This document shows positions 1-9,361 of a DNA stretch of 51,114 bases, one piece after another (position 1 is the stretch's first letter; every line of letters begins with the position of its first letter). The DNA is taken from positions 4,048 through 55,161 of the forward strand of contig CAZIHN010000001.1 in assembly GCA_964538845.1 (NCBI GenBank). Direction: 5' to 3'. The notes below the pieces were generated by a model. It ran no database searches and had not been told where the DNA came from. It was given only the letters and a program-made list of their open reading frames with translations. The stretch comes from an uncultured Nitrosopumilaceae archaeon (GTDB lineage: Archaea; Thermoproteota; Nitrososphaeria; Nitrososphaerales; Nitrosopumilaceae). A program made the translations under genes and the position numbers.

Positions 1-1195
1 TACGAGCTGCCTCCTCAGGATCGATTGACAATGCTATCTGCTTCTCCCAGTTCAATGTCCTCCTTGCCTCGGTCATGTCCATATCCCATTTGATTGCCTT
101 CTCTCGCAACTTGACAAGGTCTGCAGCATGTGCAGCAATTCTATAAGCAACAAGTCCCGCTTTTACTTCATCAGCATTGGGCAGGGCAAGATGTTCTGCA
201 GGAGTAAGATAACATAACAAATCCACTCCCTCACTTGCAGAGATAGCAGCTCCTATTGCACTAGCTATATGGTCATGACCAGACGCAACATCGGTAACTA
301 GCGGTCCTAGGACATAATATGGCACATCACCGATTAGTGACTTTGCCAATCTCACATTAGCTGCAATTTCATTTAGTGGAACATGCCCTGGCCCCTCTAC
401 CATCACTTGAACATCTTTTTCATGTGCCCTTTTAGTTAGTCTAGCTACATTGATCATCTCTTGTACTTGCAGTTCATCATGAGAGTCAAGAATAGATCCT
501 GGTCTTAAAGCATCACCAAGACTAAAGGTAACATCATAGTTCCTTGCAAGTTCTACAAGATAATCAAAATTTTCGTGATATGGGTTTTCCTTGTCATATT
601 TTAGCATCCAAGCAGCAGTTATAGTGCCACCTTTGCTTACTATACCTGCATGTCTCTTTACTGAAAGAATACGTTTTGCTATTTCTTTAGTAATTCCAGA
701 GTGAATTGTTGTATAATCAACACCATCCTTTATGTTATTTTCAAAAGCATTAAGAAAATCATCTTCTGTAATATCAAGAGGATTCTTGTGGTTTCGCACT
801 CCCATATTATAGGCTTCATAAACAGGGACGGTACCAAAGGTAATTGGAGCCTCGTCTAGTAACCTTCTCCTGAATTCTGCAACATCTCCTCCGTCACTAA
901 GATCCATTATAGTATCAGCATGATATTTGACTGCAACTCTAGCTTTCTCCACTTCTTCCTCTAGATTGGTGTTTAACGTAGAATTTCCAATATTTACATT
1001 AACTTTAGTTTTCATTCCTTTTCCTATCCCGACAACATGAATTTTTTGCCTTCGTACATTATTATGTGGAATAATTATAGATCCACTTGCAACCTTTGGA
1101 ATCAGCCAATCTAATGTAACTCCCTCATCAGTCGCAACTTGTTTCATTTCATCTGTAGCAATGCCCCTGCGGGCTGCATTCATCTGCGTCCCCAA
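1..1195 (-). CDS. thiC: Phosphomethylpyrimidine synthase ThiC, running off the window start
   Basis: Not in the ORF track. Minus-strand translation from TTG 1195 gives MGTQMNAARRGIATDEMK...KVNVNIGNS...ADTIMDLSDGGD...VMVEGPGHVP...HDHIASAIGAA...LCYLTPAEHLALP, which are ThiC motifs. Confidence 0.95.
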   Translation of the reverse strand, partial: MGTQMNAARRGIATDEMKQVATDEGVTLDWLIPKVASGSIIIPHNNVRRQKIHVVGIGKGMKTKVNVNIGNSTLNTNLEEEVEKARVAVKYHADTIMDLSDGGDVAEFRRRLLDEAPITFGTVPVYEAYNMGVRNHKNPLDITEDDFLNAFENNIKDGVDYTTIHSGITKEIAKRILSVKRHAGIVSKGGTITAAWMLKYDKENPYHENFDYLVELARNYDVTFSLGDALRPGSILDSHDELQVQEMINVARLTKRAHEKDVQVMVEGPGHVPLNEIAANVRLAKSLIGDVPYYVLGPLVTDVASGHDHIASAIGAAISASEGVDLLCYLTPAEHLALPNADEVKAGLVAYRIAAHAADLVKLREKAIKWDMDMTEARRTLNWEKQIALSIDPEEAAR

Positions 1196-1221
1196 ATTAC
1201 TTTTTTTACATACTGATTGGA

Positions 1222-1227
1222 TTTAAA
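1222..1227. promoter_or_regulatory. Palindromic TTTAAA TATA box, probably shared by divergent thiC and thiDN
   Basis: Lies about 23 nt before the thiDN ATG and about 26 nt before the thiC TTG in a 55-nt spacer, consistent with leaderless transcripts. Confidence 0.5.
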
Positions 1228-1250
1228 CGTGAGTCTTCTAACTTAAGATT

Positions 1251-2555
1251 ATGAACGTCCTATCAATTGCTGGTTCCGATCCATCCTCAGGAGCAGGAAT
1301 TCAAGGAGATCTGAGAACATTCAGTGCCATAGGAATTTACGGTCATACTGCTATTACAGCCATAACAAATCAAGACACCAAAAGTTTTTTTGGTGTTGAA
1401 CCAGTCTCACCCTCGCTTATTAGAGGACAAATAAGATCTATCCTTAAAGATTTTCAGATAGATGCAATAAAAATTGGAATGGTTTATGATAAACAAACGG
1501 TAAGAGCAATCAATTCAGAACTTGCTGATAAAGATATTCCAATAATACTCGATCCAATATTCAAATCAACAACTGGTGGAATTTTACAGAAGCAAAGTGC
1601 ATTCTCAGATTTTAAGCGATTGTTAATCCCTCTTGCTCACATAATAACACCAAACATTATTGAAGCTGAAAAAATATCTGGGATCAAAATAAAATCTCAC
1701 AAAGATCTAAGAAATGCTGCCATCAGGATACAAAAAATCGGGGCAAGAAATGTAGTAATAAAAGGAGGTCATTTTCAAAAAGGATCCATAATAATTGATT
1801 TGCTACTTGAAGGAAACAAGTTTCACGTTTTCTCTCATAAAAGAATACCGTTTCAGAATCATGGCGGAGGTTGCACTTTTTCTGCCGCCCTGTGTGCAGG
1901 CTTTACCAGGGAAAAGAATGTAATCGATGCAGTGGAATTTGCCAGAAAATTTACGTTAGAATCAATAAAAAATTCAATAAAGGTTGGTAAGGGACTCCCA
2001 ATTGTAAAACCGATTTCAAATGGAAACATTGAACTAGCTTTGTCAAAAGCAATCTCAAATCTTGTCTCTATAACAGAGGTTCATGAATTGATACCCGAAT
2101 GCCAAACAAATTTTGTATATTCAAAACCCAATCCAACATCATTACATGACATAATGGGTTTGGAGGGAAGAATTGTAAGAACAGGAAGATCTGTTACCGT
2201 GGCTGGAAAACTCAAGTTTGGGGGATCAAGACATGTTGCATCTGCAGTACTATCTATGACAAAAAAATTTCCAACTATTAGATCTGCACTTAACATAAAG
2301 TATGATGAAAACATAATTAGGAAATCTATTGCCAAAAAATTCAGAGTTTCTTATTATGACCGAAACTTGCAACCTGTGGTGACAAAAAGTAAGGAAGGAA
2401 CTACAATCCCATGGGGAGTAAGTAAAGCGATTAACAGAACAAAATCTCCTCCAGACATCATATTTAACAAGGGATCACTTGGGAAGGAACCCATGATCCT
2501 AATTTTTGGAAAAAACCCTGTTGAAGTATTAGGAAAGGTTATGAAGATAATCTAA
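1251..2555 (+). CDS. thiDN: Bifunctional HMP/HMP-P kinase (ThiD) fused to thiamine-phosphate synthase ThiN
   Basis: IAGSDPSSGAGIQGD, VVIKGGH and HGGGCTFSAA in the ThiD part; LIPECQTN, GRIV, FGGSRHVA and GKEPMI in the ThiN part. Confidence 0.95.
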   Translation: MNVLSIAGSDPSSGAGIQGDLRTFSAIGIYGHTAITAITNQDTKSFFGVEPVSPSLIRGQIRSILKDFQIDAIKIGMVYDKQTVRAINSELADKDIPIILDPIFKSTTGGILQKQSAFSDFKRLLIPLAHIITPNIIEAEKISGIKIKSHKDLRNAAIRIQKIGARNVVIKGGHFQKGSIIIDLLLEGNKFHVFSHKRIPFQNHGGGCTFSAALCAGFTREKNVIDAVEFARKFTLESIKNSIKVGKGLPIVKPISNGNIELALSKAISNLVSITEVHELIPECQTNFVYSKPNPTSLHDIMGLEGRIVRTGRSVTVAGKLKFGGSRHVASAVLSMTKKFPTIRSALNIKYDENIIRKSIAKKFRVSYYDRNLQPVVTKSKEGTTIPWGVSKAINRTKSPPDIIFNKGSLGKEPMILIFGKNPVEVLGKVMKII

Positions 2556-2600
2556 TCAATACATCCTTCAATATAAATATCAGAAACTTGAACAAATTTC

Positions 2601-3302
2601 ATGAAAGCGGTAATTTTAGCGGGAGGTCTCGGCACCCGACTTCAACCATATACTACCTTCCTGCCAAAAGCCATGTTACCTCTTGGAGAAAAGCCACTTT
2701 TAGAACACCTAATTGAATGGATAAAGAAAGGCGGAATTGATTCGTTTGTTCTCTGTGTAAGTTATCTGAGAAAAACAATCGAAGATTATTTTGAAGATGG
2801 AAGCAGATTTGGGGTTAAGATAGAATATGCCATTGCCAACAGGCCACTTGCTACAGCTGGTCAATTGAAAACGGCTGAAGAATTTATCGATGAAAGTTTT
2901 GTATGTACCTATGGAGATTCCATATTTGATTTCAATTTAAAAAACATGGTACAAAATCACCTAAGGAAAAAGTCATTTGTAACTATGGGACTATATGAAT
3001 ACAAGACAAAACTACAATATGGATTCATAGATATGGATAAAGTAGACAGGGTAAAGGCGTGGCGTGAAAAACCAGAAGTGAAAGGCAATATCAACATAGG
3101 ATGTTACGTAATGGAACCTGGAGTGCTTAAATTAATCCCTCCAAACCGACCCTATGGCATGGATGATGTTATTCGTAGCGCCATTTCAAAGAAAAACAGA
3201 GTGAATGGATTCCTCATCAAGAAGGGCTTTTTGGACATTGGAGACAAGGCATCATACAGACGAGCTTACCAGCATTATATAGAACGACTGGGTCAGATTT
3301 AG
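2601..3302 (+). CDS. Sugar-phosphate nucleotidyltransferase (NTP_transferase family)
   Basis: AVILAGGLGTRLQP...PK signature, EKP motif, LDIG. Confidence 0.9.
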   Translation: MKAVILAGGLGTRLQPYTTFLPKAMLPLGEKPLLEHLIEWIKKGGIDSFVLCVSYLRKTIEDYFEDGSRFGVKIEYAIANRPLATAGQLKTAEEFIDESFVCTYGDSIFDFNLKNMVQNHLRKKSFVTMGLYEYKTKLQYGFIDMDKVDRVKAWREKPEVKGNINIGCYVMEPGVLKLIPPNRPYGMDDVIRSAISKKNRVNGFLIKKGFLDIGDKASYRRAYQHYIERLGQI

Positions 3303-3310
3303 ACTAAATT

Positions 3311-3757
3311 ATGACTGCTCCAAGAATCCGAAAATTGCAAAAAAAGGACATCTATAACGGATTTTTGTTGTCTCTTGATTCATTGAGGCAGACTAGTCAA
3401 ATAAAACCCAAGAAAGCCAATGCCATTTACGATAAAATAGCAAAAAATCACGATCAAGTAATTTACGTCGCAGTAGAAGGTACAAAAATAATAGGTTCAG
3501 CTTGCATTCTAATTGAACAGAAATTCATCCATGACGGTGGCAAAGTAGGCCATATAGAAGACGTGGCAGTCAGAAAGGAGTTTCAGGGTAAGGGAGTAGG
3601 ACAAAAATTAGTCAATGAGCTTTTAGATTATGCGAAAAAGAGAGGCTGTTATAAAACAATTCTTGATTGTACTGATGAATTAATACCATTTTATGAAAAA
3701 CTTGGATTCAAGCGATATTCGAATTCTATGAGATTTGATCATCTGTCAAAAAAGTAG
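3311..3757 (+). CDS. GNAT acetyltransferase, glucosamine-6-phosphate N-acetyltransferase (GNA1-like)
   Basis: IEQKFIH..GKVGHIEDVAV, QGKGVG acetyl-CoA motif, GCYKTILDC, FYEKLGF. Confidence 0.85.
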   Translation: MTAPRIRKLQKKDIYNGFLLSLDSLRQTSQIKPKKANAIYDKIAKNHDQVIYVAVEGTKIIGSACILIEQKFIHDGGKVGHIEDVAVRKEFQGKGVGQKLVNELLDYAKKRGCYKTILDCTDELIPFYEKLGFKRYSNSMRFDHLSKK

Positions 3758-4167
3758 TCTCTTTTTGGACGAGGTTTTATTCTAAATAATAAAGCTCCGA
3801 TAACTATTATCGGAATAGAAATAGCCATAAACATTGTAGGTACTACAGTAAATTCAGGAACAAGATATGTAATTGCTATCTTTGGCAATAGTGAATTAAC
3901 ATAATACATTCCAAACAATGTTACGATTCCACCTGCAATGATAACACTACCATTAAGTCTTGAACCATATTTTCTAGAAAGCAAGAATGAAAGACCTGCT
4001 AGTATCAATCCCGGTGCAGCACTAATTGAAATAAATTCTCTTATCATTGACGAAGGATCAATGTCATATGTGGGATGCATCAGAAAAATAACAATTGATA
4101 CCATTTGAGCAACAAACATGACAAACAGACCAAGACTTGCAAAAGCAACCCATTTCTCTATGGCCAC
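3739..4167 (-). CDS. Hypothetical membrane protein (about 4 TM helices)
   Basis: Four hydrophobic stretches and a basic C-terminal tail. Confidence 0.75.
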   Translation of the reverse strand: MAIEKWVAFASLGLFVMFVAQMVSIVIFLMHPTYDIDPSSMIREFISISAAPGLILAGLSFLLSRKYGSRLNGSVIIAGGIVTLFGMYYVNSLLPKIAITYLVPEFTVVPTMFMAISIPIIVIGALLFRIKPRPKRDYFFDR

Positions 4168-4209
4168 AACAAACTATCTCTTGGTTCAATAAATAAACCA
4201 AATGATTAT

Positions 4210-5235
4210 CTAAACTATTCCGACTAGACCTGCAAGTTCTTTTCTACAAGACGAACCAAGTTCTTCAGCAGCTTTTTCCGGTGTCACTTTATTTAGAAAT
4301 ACTCCATATCCTCTCTCAAGTCCAGACCAATAATCAGATTGAGGATAGATTTCTATATGCCAATGAATCTGTCTATTGTTCTTCTTCTCTGGCGAGAGAT
4401 GAAATACCATATTATAAGATGGATTCTTCATTGTATTTGCAAGCCCTCCAAGGGTAGCACGCAAAATAAGGGACAAATCATTAATTTCTTTTTGAGTTAT
4501 TTTCGAGAAGCTTGTGGTATGCTTTTTTGGGTATATCCAAATCTCATAAGGATGTGAAGGTGCCCATGGACAGAAAGCTACAAAACCTTCTGTCTGGAGT
4601 ACCTGTCGCGGTCCCCCAGCCTCAGTACTTACAGTCTGACACATCGGACAAATCCCCTTTTCATTTAATATTTTGTATGCCGCCTCAGCCTCTTGTTCTA
4701 TTAGAGGAGGTATGGTGGAAAAGGTAACAACATTAAGGTGAGGATGCATTGTCGAACCACCTGCTTCTTTTCCGTGATTGACGTATATTGATACATATGT
4801 GACTCCTCTTTGAGTGTATAACCATCTTAATCTATCCTGAATTACAACCAATACATTAGACCATTGTTCGATTTGGATAGTAGAAAGAGAATCTTTGTGT
4901 TTTTCTGAAGCCACTACGATATAATGATAACCGTATGCAGGTTCACTATACAAAGGCCTATCAGTATAGGAGTTCTCCGACGTAGTAGCTACGACCGGAT
5001 TCTTGCTTTCAAAGACTCTAACAGACCAGTCCTCCACATAATTGTCCTCAGTATCCTGCAATCTTTGTAGCATTCCATCCTTCGCAACAAGAGAAAGAGA
5101 TGAAGGGTTAGTCATAGATTCATTTCCAGGACAGTAGGGACATTTTTTTGAATCCGTTACCTTTCCGTTTTCTTGGGAAATAATCACATAACGGTCAATA
5201 ACATAATCTTTTCTTAAATCCCCCATATACAGCAA
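4210..5235 (-). CDS. galT: Galactose-1-phosphate uridylyltransferase (GalT)/HIT-family nucleotidyltransferase; probable start ATG 5226
   Basis: CPYCPGNE Zn motif, NHGKEAGGSTMHPH catalytic HxH, CPMC, HWHIEIYP. Confidence 0.8.
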   Translation of the reverse strand: MLYMGDLRKDYVIDRYVIISQENGKVTDSKKCPYCPGNESMTNPSSLSLVAKDGMLQRLQDTEDNYVEDWSVRVFESKNPVVATTSENSYTDRPLYSEPAYGYHYIVVASEKHKDSLSTIQIEQWSNVLVVIQDRLRWLYTQRGVTYVSIYVNHGKEAGGSTMHPHLNVVTFSTIPPLIEQEAEAAYKILNEKGICPMCQTVSTEAGGPRQVLQTEGFVAFCPWAPSHPYEIWIYPKKHTTSFSKITQKEINDLSLILRATLGGLANTMKNPSYNMVFHLSPEKKNNRQIHWHIEIYPQSDYWSGLERGYGVFLNKVTPEKAAEELGSSCRKELAGLVGIV

Positions 5236-5384
5236 GGTTTTGGATCTAGTAATTTAAAACCTTTGCAAAGATCGGAAATCGTGATAAAGAGCCCCTTCAT
5301 TTAGATGAACCATAGAGAGTTTTTGTAAAAATCCTTGATAGAAATTAACCTTATATTGGAATGTTAGATTTTTGACCATTATAC

Positions 5385-5939
5385 ATGTCAACATCATCGT
5401 TAAGACGAGATCATGATTTGATAGAGAAGGTTTTGAAATCAATGTGGGCTTCTATTCCCCTACTAAAATCTGGGAAGACAATACCAGAGTCTATTATCCT
5501 TCAAGTAATTGAATTTTCCAAGAATTTTACCGATGTTTGTCATCATGGTAAGGAAGAGAATACGCTCTTTCCATAGCTTGAAAAAAAGGGCATGCCAAGA
5601 AACGCAGGACCTATTGCTGTAATGTTAATGGAACATGAAGTAACTCGGAAACTGACAGCAAAAATGGAAGAATCAGCTAATAAATACATAAAGTCAGGAG
5701 ACGCCACCCAATTAATCTCAGACATGCAGGAGTACATCAATCATGTTGTTCAACATATTTGGAAGGAAAATAATAGGTTATTTGAGATGGCGGATAAAGC
5801 GTTGATAAATGATGTAGATTCCATGAAAAATGGTTTACTTGAGGCAGAGAATTCTAAACTCAAAAACATTGGCAAAACTAGAGAAGACTATGAAAATTTT
5901 GCTGAGGACATCTCAAAACTTCTTCCCAGCCAAGATTAG
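5385..5939 (+). pseudogene. Hemerythrin/HHE cation-binding protein interrupted by one in-frame TAG (5574-5576)
   Basis: Track ORFs 5385-5576 and 5592-5939 are in the same frame: ...CHHGKEENTLFP*LEKKGMPRNAGPIAVMLMEHE...HIWKENNRLF. The H and HxxxE ligands are spread over both halves. Confidence 0.8.
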
Positions 5940-6090
5940 CATTCATTTATTTAAAAAAGATAAAGAGGAATATATTCATTGAAAGAGGCATCAAGGATTA
6001 GATCGACTTCGTACTTGAACCGATAACACAACTGATGATCGCTTATAAAATCAAGGTTTATGTGTACTATGAAAAAAATTGGATTAAGGA

Positions 6091-7386
6091 ATGGTTGAAA
6101 AACATATGGATAATTCAGATGTTCATCTTATCTATGTTCTCTTAGACGGAATAGGAGATCTACCCCACCCAGATTTGAAAGGTTCAACTCCATTATCTTT
6201 TGCAAAGACTCCGAATCTAGATAAAATAGCAAGGAATGGCTCTATCGGTGAAGTTATTTCAGTTGGCAAGGGAATAGCGCCTCAATCAGATATTGCAGTG
6301 TTTAACATGCTTGGATACAAGTTCGATAATGGAGAGTATGTTGGAAGAGGAGTGATTGAGGCTATTGGAGTTGGAATAGATTTCAAGAGTGGTGATCTTG
6401 CATTGCGAGGAAATTTTTCTACCGTTGATAATGAAAGGGTAATCATTGATCGTCGAGCTGGCAGAAAGATAGAAAGAGAGGATGCCGTTGCAATTTCAAA
6501 AGAACTTGAACAAAAAGTAAGGTTTTCCAATCCAAAGGCCTCAGTTGTAGTTTCACCTACCATTGGACATAGAGTAATTGTTAGAGTAAGATGTGACGGA
6601 GAGTTCCTATCACCTGATATTAGCAATACAGATCCCGCATATGCAAGAATTGGCGGCATGGGAGTGGCCAAAGCAGTTGGTGATTACATGAAGATAGAAA
6701 AATCTCTTCCCTTAAACGAATCTGAAGGAGCAAAGACCTCAGCTTCTCTTGTTAACGAGTTCACTGATCAATCATTAAGAGTTATGAAAGAGAGTGCAAT
6801 AAATGCACAAAGGAAATCTCAAGGAAAAAAATTATTAAATTCAATTCTTCTTCGAGATGCAGGAAACAAATTTCCAAACGTTATTCCCATAAATCAGCTA
6901 CACCAAATGTTGTTTTCTTGCATAGTGGATATGCCAGTTGAGATAGGAATTGCATCTGTTCTAAAAATGAAAACATTTAGTGCAGGCGGTCTTACAGATT
7001 ACGAAGAAAAGGCACGAGTAGCGGCAAAAGCTATGGAAAGCCAGAATGCAATTTACGTACACATCAAGGGACCAGATGAATTTGGTCATGATGGAGATGC
7101 CATTGGAAAGATGAAAAACATCGAAGAGATTGATGAACGATTCTTTGGAACCCTGCTTGCCAATATAGATACATCGAAAATTTCTGTTGTTATATCCGGG
7201 GATCACTCTACACCCTGCATAAACAAAGGTCATAGTGACGATCCTGTGCCCGTTTTGGTTTCAGGAGATGCTGTTAGAAAGGACGGTACTACAAGATTTA
7301 CAGAGGATCAGGCAAAGAGGGGAAGAATAGGACTTCTTTCTGGCGCCGATGTAATAAAGACGGCTGTAAATATTATCAAATCTTAA
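6091..7386 (+). CDS. apgM: Archaeal 2,3-bisphosphoglycerate-independent phosphoglycerate mutase (start may be ATG 6106)
   Basis: LLDGIGD, TPNLD, PQSD, GRGVIEA, HIKGPDEFGHDG, SGDHSTP, HSDDPVP. Confidence 0.92.
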   Translation: MVEKHMDNSDVHLIYVLLDGIGDLPHPDLKGSTPLSFAKTPNLDKIARNGSIGEVISVGKGIAPQSDIAVFNMLGYKFDNGEYVGRGVIEAIGVGIDFKSGDLALRGNFSTVDNERVIIDRRAGRKIEREDAVAISKELEQKVRFSNPKASVVVSPTIGHRVIVRVRCDGEFLSPDISNTDPAYARIGGMGVAKAVGDYMKIEKSLPLNESEGAKTSASLVNEFTDQSLRVMKESAINAQRKSQGKKLLNSILLRDAGNKFPNVIPINQLHQMLFSCIVDMPVEIGIASVLKMKTFSAGGLTDYEEKARVAAKAMESQNAIYVHIKGPDEFGHDGDAIGKMKNIEEIDERFFGTLLANIDTSKISVVISGDHSTPCINKGHSDDPVPVLVSGDAVRKDGTTRFTEDQAKRGRIGLLSGADVIKTAVNIIKS

Positions 7387-7936
7387 AGGGCAATATCTCT
7401 TTTGACAAGATTATTTTTGACACAGTGTTTTTGAATTGATCAGTGTCAATGCCATAATATTTTCCTGTAGAAAATGAAAGCTTTTCCATTGCCCGGTTCA
7501 TAATAGATATACAAATATTGTTTTCATTTTTTTGGTAATGGACAAGTGCAGCTGCTACAAGTATAATACCTTGTACTAGATCCTTCTCTAATTCAAATGT
7601 GTTTTTCCATACACTTTCTAATACTTCGTGACATTCCCAATACCTTTCAAGATTAAAAAATTCCTTGGCTCTCTCAATAGCATTTTCTTTTTGAAAATTT
7701 ACTTCCACAACCTGTTTTGCATCCTCAAGAGAACCGATGATGGAAAGTTTCTCAATTACTGTTCCTAATTCTTGCTTGTTTACTGATACATCAAATTCCA
7801 AGTATCTACTTGATACACGCATATCACGAACAATTACATTCATCTCAGACGTTAATTTATCGGCCTTAGCTAGCAGTGTGTGGGCATCTACTGGATGAAA
7901 AGAAGAATTCTTCAGATGAATCATAAATCGGTCCAT
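7376..7936 (-). CDS. DUF309-domain protein with an N-terminal ACT-like extension
   Basis: FN...YWECHEVLESVW and QGIILVAAALVH are the DUF309 signature. Confidence 0.85.
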   Translation of the reverse strand: MDRFMIHLKNSSFHPVDAHTLLAKADKLTSEMNVIVRDMRVSSRYLEFDVSVNKQELGTVIEKLSIIGSLEDAKQVVEVNFQKENAIERAKEFFNLERYWECHEVLESVWKNTFELEKDLVQGIILVAAALVHYQKNENNICISIMNRAMEKLSFSTGKYYGIDTDQFKNTVSKIILSKEILPFKI

Positions 7937-8019
7937 ATGTTTACAGTGATTGTAATTTCTTAAATTTGTTAGGAAGAACCGTTAAGATTTATATGAACTA
8001 TTAAAAGGACTTGGAATAC

Positions 8020-8382
8020 ATGTCCATGATAGAAGTCAAACGTGACATAAAGAATCCTTTACTATCGAGAAGAGAGATTACATGCAATTTCAATGGACTT
8101 GCAGGCAGGCTCAAAAAGATTGAAGCCATAGACATGATATCAAAGCATTTCAATTTGGAAGGAAAAACAATTGTTCCAATAATCTTGAAAAATGAGACAG
8201 GCAGACCTGTAGTGTCTGGTATTTTTTATGTGTATGATGATGAAAAAATCGCTAGAGAGCATTTGAAAACAGCTGTTTTCAGCAGACTTGATAAAGCAAA
8301 GGCAGCAGCAACAAAATCTGAAAGTGCTGCTCCAGATTCATCGGCAGAACAACCTGAAAAGCCAAAGGAAGAGAGCAAGTGA
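8020..8382 (+). CDS. rps24e: 30S ribosomal protein S24e
   Basis: NPLLSRREI motif; directly upstream of S27ae. ATG 8020 preferred over TTG 8011. Confidence 0.9.
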   Translation: MSMIEVKRDIKNPLLSRREITCNFNGLAGRLKKIEAIDMISKHFNLEGKTIVPIILKNETGRPVVSGIFYVYDDEKIAREHLKTAVFSRLDKAKAAATKSESAAPDSSAEQPEKPKEESK

Positions 8383-8555
8383 TGGCAGGAAAGAAAGGAT
8401 CCAGCCCCTCAGTCTACAAATACTATAAAATCAAAGGTGAAAAAGCAGAAAAAGTTAGGAAACAATGTTCAAGATGTGGTAAAGGAGTTTTCATGTCAGA
8501 ACACAAAAACAGAAGAAGTTGCGGCAAATGCGGTTTGACCGAATTTGTCCAGTAA
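8382..8555 (+). CDS. rps27ae: 30S ribosomal protein S27ae (57 aa)
   Basis: Not in the track. MAGKKGSSPSVYKYYKIKGEKAEKVRKQCSRCGKGVFMSEHKNRRSCGKCGLTEFVQ, with a C4 Zn ribbon and a TGATG overlap with rps24e. Confidence 0.95.
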   Translation: MAGKKGSSPSVYKYYKIKGEKAEKVRKQCSRCGKGVFMSEHKNRRSCGKCGLTEFVQ

Positions 8556-9260
8556 TTAATACATCTTCTTTTTTCTCAGACGCAAGGCTTTTTGTTGTAT
8601 CTGTTCCAGTTTATGTAAAAGAACATCATCGACTTTGGTGCTTGCTATAATATTTGCTGGAATTTTAATTATATTGGTATCCAATGAAATGTTAATGACT
8701 GGTAGTTTCTTCTCTATCCAAAGTTTAATTACTTTATCTTCAAGTTTATAATCTCTAAATCCTTCTGGAAATTTTTTTGTAATATGAGCCAACAAAGTTG
8801 TGTCCTCAAATACTGCCCTGGGTTCAAAAAGTCGGGTAGAATCTGAATAACCACTCTCAAACAAGTTGCTTGTCAATTCGTCTGAAATAATGTTCATCTT
8901 GGCTATCCTTTGAATTAATTCCAGATAATGGAGAAATTCGTGAGCAAGAATAGCATGAACCGTTCCTTTGAGTCCAAACGCCACCAAGGGACCTGCTATC
9001 TGGATAATGATATCTAATTTGTTATCTGAAATTACCGGTACTGTCCTTGCAAATAATATCCCATAATCAAATCCGGTGGAAGGTTGTGAAATTAGTACAG
9101 AGGGTTCAACATACGCAACAGGAAAATTAATCCCTGATGCCTTTTCAATCCGCTTTATCCCAGACAGTATAATCTCGAATCTATCGATGATTAATGAATG
9201 AATTTTGTCAGGTATTAATCCATTTTTGTAAACCTGATGAACTCTAAGCAAAGGATCCAA
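8556..9260 (-). CDS. Hypothetical protein with a zincin-like HExxH motif; probable start TTG 9260 (track extends to 9308)
   Basis: HAILAHEFLHY motif. The start choice is inferred from a TATA-like TTTATTAT about 25 nt upstream. Confidence 0.7.
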   Translation of the reverse strand: MDPLLRVHQVYKNGLIPDKIHSLIIDRFEIILSGIKRIEKASGINFPVAYVEPSVLISQPSTGFDYGILFARTVPVISDNKLDIIIQIAGPLVAFGLKGTVHAILAHEFLHYLELIQRIAKMNIISDELTSNLFESGYSDSTRLFEPRAVFEDTTLLAHITKKFPEGFRDYKLEDKVIKLWIEKKLPVINISLDTNIIKIPANIIASTKVDDVLLHKLEQIQQKALRLRKKKMY

Positions 9261-9361
9261 TGGAACAAGATTGAATCTGAGTATAATAAAAGGTTGACAT
9301 GAACACAATTTGCAGAAAAACCTAATAACTTTGTGACATGTCTGTCATAACTTAGAAAATT

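Noticed and set aside
1196-1250. TPP riboswitch upstream of thiC/thiDN
   Set aside because: The spacer is only 55 nt and lacks the conserved TPP aptamer segments.
5574-5576. Pyrrolysine or alternative-code reading of TAG
   Set aside because: Many genes here end normally at TAG, and no pyl genes are in the window.
6030-6075. CTGATGA as box C of a second C/D sRNA
   Set aside because: No properly spaced D'/C'/D boxes or terminal stem were found.
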